A stretch of 10,641 bases of DNA from Octopus sinensis (GCF_006345805.1 NW_021826982.1:1-10641); one strand, 5' to 3'; shown: positions 1-8,613, numbered from the stretch's first letter. Notes: a model not told the origin generated them from the sequence alone. Numbers and translations: made by a program.

Positions 1-404
1 ATATATTTTCAAAATGTGACCGTGTGTGTACCGTTGGGATATTTTTACCTCTGTCTTCCTTCCCTTCTCTATGTTTCCGACGAAGAGCTCCACTCAAAAC
101 GTTAAACCCTCCTTCTTTCTTGAGCGTCCAATAATACTATATTTGTTCCACGTCCTCGCGTTGTTGTGTTTTTTTTGTGTGCTTTCTTGTTTGGATTAAC
201 TTTTATATATTGACCTCGTGAAGACTACCTGCAATTTTTTTTTTTCCTCTGTCCTCCTCCCTCTCGGGATCTTTCTTTCTCTCCTATGTTTCCGACGAAG
301 AGCTCCGCTCGAAACGTCATACCCTCCTTCTTCCATTTTCCTGAGCGCCTAATAATAATAATACTGTAATTGTTTTTTCTGTTTTCCCGTTTGGATTAAC
401 CTTT
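1..404 (+). mobile_element. Two tandem ~215-bp-period copies of a Penelope-like terminal repeat
   Basis: Direct repeat: cctctgtc...tatgtttccgacgaagagctcc(a/g)ctc(a/g)aaacgt..a(a/t)accctccttctt...tgagcg...aataata...ttggattaac at about 48-205 and 246-404. The family call rests on the hammerhead-like motif and the tandem layout. Confidence 0.55.
288..322 (+). ncRNA. Minimal type I hammerhead-ribozyme-like motif (variant core); decayed second copy at 73-107
   Basis: GUUU-CCGACGA-A-GAGC(ucc)GCUC-GAAACGUC-AUAC: a CUGANGA-like box with U4C, a 4-bp stem II, GAAA, a palindromic ACGU stem III and a GUC triplet. Confidence 0.45.
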
Positions 405-444
405 TATATATATATATATTATATATATATATGCATACATAAAT

Positions 445-612
445 ATATATGACGGGCCTCTTTAAGTTTCCGTCTACCAAATCCACTCACGAGGCTTTGG
501 CCGGCCCGAGGCTATAGTAGAAGACACTTGCCCAAGGTGCCACGCAGTGGGACTGAACCCGGAACCATGCGGTTGGTTAGCAAGCTACTTACCACACAGC
601 CTCTCCTGTACC
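445..612 (-). mobile_element. tRNA-derived SINE family A, 5' half
   Basis: Reverse complement of the head seen at 4230: A box AGGCTGTGTGG, B box GGTTCAGTCCC, core ccttgggcaagtgtcttct...aggcccgtc. It ends in the (TA)n tract at 405-450. Confidence 0.85.
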
Positions 613-810
613 TTGAAATCTGTTGAAAGAAAGGAGGGGTATCGTCCTCAAATGGAAGCAGTGCGGGGGGGCGGGGACACACAGCTGAAAGGCTTGTAAG
701 AGAGTAGACCCCTCTAATTGCACCCAAAGACAAGGTGTGGGGGGTAGGTGCGAAATTGGGTGATAGCTGTTTCAGAAAACCCATCTGAACCTATTTTAGA
801 ATTCAACTGA

Positions 811-1027
811 CCCCTTAGCCCTTCGGATTATTCTGTCAAATGTAATCCTTATTTATTCAGAGTGTTGTGAATTAATCATGGATTATCAAGCACCTGTGAG
901 ATTTCAAAGATGTCATTGTTTATTTAGAGAATGGCATGGTAGGGTAGGTGTAAGAGACCAGATCTGGCTGGTTTGAACGGAAACCAGGATATTTTGACTG
1001 GAAATGGTTGGTTTAAACACTAACGGG
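811..1027. mobile_element. Degenerate piggyBac-like MITE
   Basis: Termini CCCCTTAG and CTAACGGG, followed by TTAA (1028-1031). The left target site is degenerate (ctga). The interior is AT-rich and non-coding. Confidence 0.5.
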
Positions 1028-1038
1028 TTAAAATGAAA

Positions 1039-2470
1039 AGACACATTAGATAATGTACTCCTAGATACACGATGCATGAAAATAAAAGACAGGATGGTCA
1101 CAGCTGGAACATCTTTGATCAAAGGTCTGCTGGATCAGACTGACCTGTGGCTAAACAACAACAAGGAAGGACACATTAGATAATGTACTCCTAGATACAC
1201 GATGCATGAATAATAAAAGACAGGATGGTCACAGCTGGAACATCTTTGATCATAGGTCTGCTGAACTGGAATTAACCTAGGGCTAAACAACAGCAGAAAA
1301 AGGGCACATTAGATAATGTACTCCTAGATACACGATGCATGAATAATAAAAGACAGGATGGTCACAGCTGGAACGTCTTTGATCAAAGGTCTGCTGGATC
1401 AGGACTGACCTGTGGCTAAACAACAACAAGGAAGGACACATTAGATAATGTACTCCTAGATACACTATGCATGAATAATAAAAGACAGGATGGTCACAGC
1501 TGGAATACCTTTGATCATAGGTCTGCTGGATCAGGACAGACCTGTGGCTAAACATCAACAAGGAAGGACACATTAGATAATGTACTCCTAGATACACTAA
1601 GCCTGAATAATAAAAGACAGGATGGTCACAGCTGGAACATCTTTGATCAAAGGTCTGCTGGACTGGAATTAACCTAGGGCTAAACAACAGCAGAAAAAGG
1701 GCACATTAGATAATGTACTCCTAGGTACACGATGCATGAATAATAAAAGACAGGATGGTCACAGCTGGAACGTCTTTGATCATAGGTCTGCTGGACTGGA
1801 ATTAACCTAGGGCTAAACCACAGCAGAAAAAGGGCACATTAGATAATGTACTCCTAGGTACACGATGCATGAATAATAAAAGACAGGATGGTCACAGCTG
1901 GAACGTCTTTGATCATAGGTCTGCTGGATCAGGACTGACCTGTGGCTAAACAACAACAAGGAAGGACACATTTAGATAATGTACTCCTAAATACACGATG
2001 GATGAATAATAAAAGACAGGATGGTCACAGCTGGAAGATCTTTGATCATAGGTCTGACCTGTAAGACACATTAGATAATGTACTCCTAGATACATGATGC
2101 ATGAATAGGTCTGCTGGACTGGAATTAACCTAGGGCTAAACAACAGCAGAAAAAGGGCACATTAGATAATGTACTCCTAGATACAGGATGCATGAATAAT
2201 AAAAGACAGGATGGTCACAGCTGGAACATCTTTGATCATAGGTCTGACCTGTAAGACACATTAGATAATGTACTCCTAGATACACGATGCATGAATAGGT
2301 CTGCTGGACTGGAATTAACCTAGGGCTAAACAACAGCAGAAAAAGGGCACATTAGATAATGTACTCCTAGGTACACGATGCATGAATAATAAAAGACAGG
2401 ATGGTCATAGCTGGAACATCTTTGATCATAGGTCTGCTGGATCAGGACAGACCAAGGGCCAAAAACCACA
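1039..2470 (+). repeat. Minisatellite of 12 units (130-133 bp, plus 99-bp and 91-bp deleted units)
   Basis: Anchor ttagataatgtactcc occurs at 1046, 1176, 1309, 1441, 1573, 1706, 1839, 1972, 2071, 2162, 2261 and 2352. Confidence 0.97.
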
Positions 2471-2493
2471 ACCAGCATGTTTGCGATACTAAC

Positions 2494-2589
2494 CAAAGTT
2501 GACGACATCGAAAACTTTCACAGATTTGTCATTCGATATGGTGCAGTAATACTCGCCGTTGCTGCTTGCCGAGACATCTTCAATGTTTC
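2494..2589 (-). CDS. PPWD1: PPWD1 coding exon 4 (GNIEDVSASSNGEYYCTISNDKSVKVFDVVNF + G), WD40 repeat; gene continues left of the window
   Basis: Acceptor gtcatttCAG (2592-2590) and donor GTTAGT (2493); 96 nt. DKxxKVFDVVNF(D) is a PPWD1 motif. The next exon (DMINM...) was not found in 1-2493. Confidence 0.96.
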
Positions 2590-2628
2590 CTGAAATGACA
2601 CCAACAAGAACAACAACAATAAGTAAAA

Positions 2629-3398
2629 GACGCAGGGGTGGTTGGGTGGTAAGAAGCTTGCTTCCCAACCACATCGCTCTGGGTTCAGTCCCACTACGTG
2701 ACACCATGGGCAAGTGTCTTCTGCTATAGCCTCGGGCCGACCAAAGCCTTGTGAGTGGATTTGGTAGACGGAAACTGAAAGAAGCCCGTCATATATATAC
2801 ACTTGCGTCAGAAATTAATTAGCACTTCTCAAATTTCTACATTAAATAGGTTAAATCAATTAACCTATGAGCTGTTCAAAATGTCTTACGCGATGAGAAA
2901 ACTTAGTATGGTGTGATTTCGGTCCTTGCGAGGCGCTACCTATATCTATTAAACAAAGGAAGATTTGTCTGCATCCGCACTCCAAGTTGTTGTTGCACTG
3001 CTATGTCAACATCATAAGGCTGTAGACTCTCAAACTGCTCTGCAAACAAAGTTACGTCATCGTTCTGCGCAACAGTGAACTCGCAACAAAGCAATAGTTC
3101 GAGATATGGCCATTAGGTGACAGCACATACCTTGAGTGAAGAGCAAATCAAGGGTGCTAATTAATTTCTGACGGTAGTGTATGTATATATATGCGTGTGT
3201 GTTTGTTCCCCTAGCATTGCTTGACAACCGATGCTGGTGTGTTTATGCCCCCATTACTTAGCAGTTCAGCAAAACAGACCAATAGAATAAGTACTGGGCT
3301 TACAAAAGAATAAGTCCCGGGGTCGAGTTGCTCGATTAAAGGCGGTGCTCTAGCATGGCCGCAGTCAAATGACTGAAACAAGTAAAAGAGTAAAGAGT
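2629..3398 (+). mobile_element. SINE family A, full length, split by a MITE inserted in its internal (TA)n tract
   Basis: Head 2629-2797 with degenerate A box and B box GGTTCAGTCCC. Tail 3182-3398 ends in tgactgaaacaagtaaaagagtaaagag. Confidence 0.85.
2800..3179. mobile_element. Tc1/mariner-type MITE, 380 bp
   Basis: 26-bp TIRs at 2800-2825 (CACTTGCGTCAGAAATTAATTAGCAC) and 3154-3179, matching at 24/26. Flanked by TA at 2798-2799 and 3180-3181. Confidence 0.88.
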
Positions 3399-3627
3399 AT
3401 ATATGTATGTGTGTGTGTGTCTGTGTTTGTCCCCCTAGCATTGCTTGACAACCAATGCTGGTGTGTTTACGTCCCCGTTACTTAGCAGTTCAGCAAAACA
3501 GACCAATAGAATAAGTACTGGGCTTACAAAAGAATAAGTCCCGGGGTCGAGTTGCTCGGTTAAAGGCGGTGCTCCAGCATGGCCGCAGTCAAATGACTGA
3601 AACCAGTAAAAAGGAGAGTAAAAGAGT
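3399..3627 (+). repeat. Tandem duplicate of the SINE A 3' half (224-bp period)
   Basis: Shares private variants with 3197-3398 (agcagttcagcaaaacagaccaat, agtcccggggtcgagttg). Confidence 0.85.
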
Positions 3628-3712
3628 ATATTGTGAAATTTGACTTAATACTAAATTGAATTTTTCCCTGTAAGTTTGGAGTTATACTCCCTAATATTAT
3701 TATATATATATA

Positions 3713-4010
3713 GGTGCAGGAGTGGCTGTGTAGTAAGTAGCTTGCTTCCACATGGTTCCGGGATTAGTCCCACTGTGTGACACCTTGGGCAAAGTGTCTT
3801 CTACTATGGCCTCGGATTTTGTAGATGGAAACTGAAAGAAGCCCATCGTATATATATATATATGTGTGTGTGTGTGTCCACTACCACCATCGCTTGACAA
3901 CCAATGTTGGTGTGTTTATGTCCCCTTAACCAGGTGGTTCAGCAAAAGAGACCAATAGAATAAGTCCCAGGTTTACAAGAAATAAGTCCTGGGATCAGTT
4001 TCTTCAACCC
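3713..4010 (+). mobile_element. SINE family A, older diverged copy with internal deletions
   Basis: ggtgcaggagtggctgtgtagtaag head, core, (TA)n(TG)n tract and partial tail. Confidence 0.8.
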
Positions 4011-4229
4011 TTTTGCCAAACCCTTAAATCCAGGAACTTTAGAGCACCCTCTGATACACTAGTCTTTATGAATCACTCCTCCCCCCACCATGTACCCTGG
4101 GGTGGACAAAGTGTGGCATGTTGTGTGGGTTGCAGGTTCTGTATGATGTGCTCTTCCTGTGTAGTACCGTATGGTCTGGTGGAGCGTCGTCTTATGCGGT
4201 GTCGTGCTGACAACAAAGAGATACTACCA

Positions 4230-5745
4230 GGCGCAGGAGTGGCTGTGTGGTAAGTAGCTTGCTTACCAACCACATGGTTCCGGGTTCAGGCCCACTGCGT
4301 GGCACCTTGGGCAAGTGTCTTCTGCTATAGCCCTGGGCCGACCAATGTCTTGTGAGTGGATTTGGTAGACGGAAACTGAAAGAAGCCCGTCGTATATATA
4401 TATGTGTGTGGTAAGTAGCTTGCTTACTAACCACATGGTTCCGGGTTCAGTCCCACTGCGTGGCACCTTGGGCAAGTGTCTTCTACTATAGCCCTGGGCC
4501 GACCAATGTCTTGTGAGTGGATTTGGTAGACGGAAACTGAAAGAAGCCCGTCGTATATATATATGTGTGTGGTAAGTAGCTTGCTTACTAACCACATGGT
4601 TCCGGGTTCAGTCCCACTGCGTGGCACCTTGGGCAAGTGTCTTCTGCTATAGCCCTGGGCGACCAATAACTTGTGAGTGGATTTGGTAGACGGAAACTGA
4701 AAGAAGCCAGTCGTATATATATATGTGTGTGGTAAGTAGCTTGCTAACCAGCCACATGGTTCCGGGTTCAGTCCCACTGCGTGGCACCTTGGGCAAGTGT
4801 CTTCTACTATAGCCCTGGGCCGACCAAAGCCTTGTGAGTGGATTTGGTAGACGGAAACTGAAAGAAGCCTGTCGTATATATATATGTGTGTGGTAAGTAG
4901 CTTGCTAACCAGCCACATGGTTCCGGGTTCAGTCCCACTGCGTGGCACCTTGGGCAAGTGTCTTCTGCTATAGCCCTGGGCTGACCAAAGCCTTGTGAGT
5001 GGATTTGGTAGACGGAAACTGAAAGAAGCCTGTCGTATATATATATGTGTGTAGTAAGTAGCTTGCTAACCAGCCACATGGTTCCGGGTTCAGTCCCACT
5101 GCGTGGCACCTTGGGCAAGTGTCTTCTACTATAGCCCTGGGCCGACCAAAGCCTTGTGAGTGGATTTGGTAGACGGAAACTGAAAGAAGCCAGTCGTATA
5201 TATATATGTGTGTGGTAAGTAGCTTGCTAACCAGCCACATGGTTCCGGGTTCAGTCCCACTGCGTGGCACCTTGGGCAAGTGTCTTCTGCTATAGCCCTG
5301 GGCCGACCAAAGCCTTGTGAGTGGATTTGGTAGACGGAAACTGAAAGAAGCCCGTCGTATATATATATGTGTGTGGTAAGTAGCTTGCTAACCAGCCACA
5401 TGGTTCCGGGTTCAGTCCCACTGCGTGGCACCTTGGGCAAGTGTCTTCTACTATAGCCCTGGGCCGACCAATGTCTTGTGAGTGGATTTGGTAGACGGAA
5501 ACTGAAAGAAGCCTGTCATACATATGTATATATACATATATGTATGTGTGTTTGTATATGTTTGTGTCTGTGTTTGTCCCCCTAGCATTGCTTGACAACC
5601 GATGCTGGTGTGTTTACGATAGAATAAGTACTAAGCTTATAAAGAATAAAGTCCTGGGGTCGAGTTGCTCGATTAAAGGCGGTGCTCCAGCATGGCTGCA
5701 GTCAAATGACTGAAACAAGTAAAAGAGAGAAAGAAAGAGAGAGAG
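4230..5745 (+). repeat. SINE A with its head and core amplified to 8 tandem 161-bp units, followed by one tail
   Basis: Anchor taagtagc occurs at 4251, 4412, 4573, 4733, 4894, 5055, 5216 and 5377. Only unit 1 has the intact ggcgcaggagTGGCTGTGTGG start. The tail spans about 5560-5745. Confidence 0.95.
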
Positions 5746-5750
5746 GTTAC

Positions 5751-5854
5751 CTAGGTGACTGCGGAAATGCTTCACAAACTCAATGCCAGCTTCTTCCAGT
5801 TTCCTCCAGAACTTCACATGACCATCAATACTGGCTGTGATTATAAAACCAGAC
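5751..5854 (-). CDS. PPWD1: PPWD1 coding exon 3 ([35 protein letters not shown]), WD40 repeat
   Basis: Acceptor tgtctcctgCAG (5857-5855) and donor GTAACC (5750); 104 nt; phases 2 and 1 fit the neighbouring exons. FIITASxDGHVKFW and [13 protein letters not shown] are PPWD1 signature sequences. Confidence 0.97.
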
Positions 5855-6016
5855 CTGCAGGAGACAAAAAGAGACAAGGAACATTAATGCAACAACAACA
5901 ACAACAGCAGACAGTGAGGCAACATCTATGAGGTCACTCATTCTGCTAGAAATAACAACCAAAGCTTCCTTAAATTACACACCATTGTATGAAGACATTT
6001 CTAGAACATGTTTCAT

Positions 6017-6737
6017 TATAGGTCGGCTGGATCAGGACTGGCCTGTGGTTAAACAACAACAAGGAAGGACATCATCATTATCATCATCATCGTCGTTTAG
6101 CATCCGCTTTCCATGCTGGCATGGGTTAGATGGTGCAACAGGGGTCTGGGAAGCCAGAAGGCTGCACCAGGCCCAGTCTGATCTGGCAATGTTTCTACGG
6201 CTGGATGCCCTTCCTAACACCAACCACTCCGTGAGTGTAGTGGGTGCTTTTTACGTGCCACCAGCATAGGTGCCAGACGAGGATGGCAAACGGCCACGAT
6301 CGGATGGTGCCTTTTACGTGCCACCACCACGTTTGGATGGTCCTCTTACGTGCCACCGGCACTGGTATCACAGCTACAATTTCCATTGATGTTGATCGAT
6401 TTTGATTTTTGATTTTCACTTGCCTCAACAGGTCTTCACAAGTAGACTTTTGTGTCCCAAGAAGGAAAGGTATGCATAAGTGGACTGAGGCCATGGGTTA
6501 TGGTCTCACTTGTCCTGCCGGGTCTTCTCACGCACAGCATACTTCCAAAGGTCTCGGTCTCTAGTCATTTCCTTGGTGAGACCTAAAGTTCATATTAGAT
6601 AATGTAGTCCCAGATTGACTTATGTTTGAATAACAGACAGGATGGTCACAGCTGGAACATCTTTAATCATAGGTCTACAGGATCAAGACTGACCTGGGGC
6701 TAAACAACAAGGAAGGATGCATTAAAATATGTACTCT
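6017..6737 (+). repeat. Dispersed copy of the minisatellite monomer (6017-6072 and 6591-6737), interrupted by the LINE fragment
   Basis: ...ggttaaacaacaacaaggaaggaCAT [insertion] CATattagataatgtag... rejoins into the same unit junction seen in the 1039-2470 array. Confidence 0.75.
6073..6590 (-). mobile_element. 5'-truncated RTE-like LINE: ORF C-terminus, 3' UTR and (GAT)n tail
   Basis: 6589-6506 translates TLGLTKEMTRDRDLWKYAVREKTRQDK*, resembling the DR..W...V C-terminal motif of RTE-clade ORFs. The (GAT)n tail lies at 6070-6095. Confidence 0.7.
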
Positions 6738-7451
6738 TTTACTTGTTTCAGCTCCATCTGAGTGGGATCACTGCCAGTACCACCTGATTGGCTCCCGTGC
6801 CAGTGGCACATAAAAAGCACCCACTACACTCTCAGAGTGGTTGGCATTAGGAAGGGCTGTAGAAACTCTGCCAGATCAAGATTGGAGCCTGGTGCAGCCA
6901 TCTGGCTTGCCAGACCTCAGTCAAAATCGTCCAACCCATGAAAAGCGGACGTTAAATGATGATCAACATCAGTGGAAATTGCAGCTGTGATACCAGTGCC
7001 GGTGGTACATAAGAGAACCATCCGAACGTGGCCGTTGCCAGCGCCGCTCCGACTGGCCTCGTGCCGGTGGCACGTAAAGAGCACCATCCGATTGTGGCCG
7101 TTGCCAGTCCCGCTCGGCCCCTGTGCCGGTGGCACGTAAAAAGCACCATCCGATTGTGGCCGTTTGCCAGCCTCATCTGGCACCTGTGCTGATGGCACGT
7201 AAAAAGCACCCACTACACTCACGGAGTGGTCGGCGTTAGGAAGGGCATCCAGCCACACTGGAAGGCTCGTTTCTCAACCATACAACCACATTTGCCTCAG
7301 TCAGGTGGTACTGGCAGTGATCCCACTCAGATGGAGCTGAAACAAGTAAAAGAGTACATATTTTAATGCGTCCTTCCTTGTTGTTTAGCCCCAGGTCAGT
7401 CCTGATCCAGTAGACCTATGATCAAAGATGTTCCAGCTGTGACCATCCTGT
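6637..7451. repeat. Inverted repeat with 151-bp arms (6637-6787 and 7301-7451) and a 513-bp spacer
   Basis: Manual alignment gives 147/151 identity with no gaps. Confidence 0.95.
6751..7253 (+). mobile_element. Two fused 3' UTR fragments of the same RTE-like family (6751-6963 and 6961-7253)
   Basis: Reverse-complement homology to 6073-6400 (ggcacgtaaaaagcacccactacactc, ttaggaagggcatccagc). The first fragment ends gcggacgttaaatgatgat. GTGCCggtGGCAC subrepeats are present. Confidence 0.75.
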
Positions 7452-7565
7452 GACATACAGGATGATGAGGTGGTCATGGATAGAAGGTCTTACTAGATCA
7501 AGGTTAAACTTCAGGTTAAACAACCGTGACAAAAACAATAAGCAGAAAGTGCAAACAGTCCTTAC

Positions 7566-7668
7566 TTGGTAACTGTGATGTGCGCAATTACATCGCGGTG
7601 CATGTAGCTGTATTCATAAGTTTCGGCCGAAGGGAGGTTATCCAGGTAGACCTGTTCATATTCCAGCA
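7566..7668 (-). CDS. PPWD1: PPWD1 coding exon 2 ([35 protein letters not shown])
   Basis: Acceptor ttatatttCAG (7671-7669) and donor GTAAG (7565); 103 nt. Closely matches the PPWD1 segment [30 protein letters not shown] as I recall it. Absent from the ORF track. Confidence 0.96.
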
Positions 7669-7703
7669 CTGAAATATAATTAGACAAAATTTAATATCAC
7701 AAA

Positions 7704-8254
7704 CAGGAGTGGCTGTGTGGTAAGTACCTTGCTTACCAACCACATGGGCAAGTGTCTTCTACTATAGCCTCAGGCCGACCAAAGCCTTGTGAGTGGATTT
7801 GGTAGACAGAAACTGAAAGAAGCCCGTCGTATATATGTATATGTGTGGTAAGTACCTTGCTTACCAACCACATGGGTAAGTGTCTTCTACTATAGCCTCA
7901 GGCCGACCAAAGCCTTGTGAGTGGATTTGGTAGACAGAAACTGAAAGAAGCCCGTCGTATATATGTATATGTGTGGTAAGTACCTTGCTTACCAACCACA
8001 TGGGCAAGTGTCTTCTACTATAGCCTCAGGCCGACCAAAGCCTTGTGAGTGGATTTGGTAGACGGAAACTGAAAGAAGCCCGTCGTATATATGTATATGT
8101 GTGGTAAGTAGCTTGCTAACATGCCACATGGTTCCGGGTTCAGTCCCACTGCGTAGCATCTTGGGCAAATATCTTCTGCTATAGCCTCGGGCCGACCAAA
8201 GCCTTGTGAGTGGATTTGGTAGACGGAAACTGAAAGAAGCCTGTCGTATATATG

Positions 8255-8285
<31 letters not shown>

Positions 8286-8494
8286 TTGTGTGTCTCTGTT
8301 TGTCCCCCTAGCATTGCTTGACAACCGATGCTGGTGTGTTTACGTCCCCGTTACTTAGCGGTTCGGCAAAAGAGACCGATAGAATAAGTACTGGGCTTAC
8401 AAAGATTAAGTCTCAGGGTCGATTTGCTCGACTAAAGGCGGTGCTCCAGCATGGCCGCAGTCAAATGACCGCAACAAGTAAAAGAGTAAAGAGT
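7704..8494 (+). repeat. SINE A array: three 128-bp units lacking the B box, one unit with the B box, and a complete tail
   Basis: Anchor taagta(c/g)c occurs at 7721, 7849, 7977 and 8105. Units 1-3 lack the 33-bp segment ttccgggttcagtcccactgcgtggcaccttgg. Confidence 0.95.
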
Positions 8495-8496
8495 GT

Positions 8497-8613
8497 GTAC
8501 ATATACCGAAGCATCGCCACATACCCTAACCCTCCATATATAAAAAAAAACACTTTTTCGAAGTGTATCCGGTACTTCCGGAAGTACACTGGTACTTATA
8601 CCGTAAGATCGCC
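8497..8613. mobile_element. Fragments of the GGCG-TIR MITE family (termini at 8497-8518 and 8591-8613)
   Basis: GTAC(A/T)TATACCG..GATCGCC-like ends match the TIR at 9002-9024 (20/22 and 21/23). 8524-8613 resembles the reverse complement of 8848-8920. Confidence 0.65.

Noticed and set aside
2461-2493. SIANML resembling the next PPWD1 residues (DMINML)
   Set aside because: It is in a different frame from exon 4, read-through hits TAG at once, and a good GTTAGT donor is present. The similarity is coincidental.
1283-2508. Cys/His-rich repeated ORFs and a CRISPR-like appearance
   Set aside because: This is a tandem minisatellite with no unique spacers and no cas genes, in a eukaryotic intron, and it is interrupted by stops and frameshifts.
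4030-4229. Unique stretch with short ORFs on both strands as a hidden exon
   Set aside because: There is no recognisable homology, and PPWD1 exons 3 and 4 join seamlessly without it.
4192-5598. Repeated ~103-aa ORFs (MPKVPRSGTEPG...)
   Set aside because: They are antisense translations of the SINE array units, and the frame shifts with each 161-bp unit.
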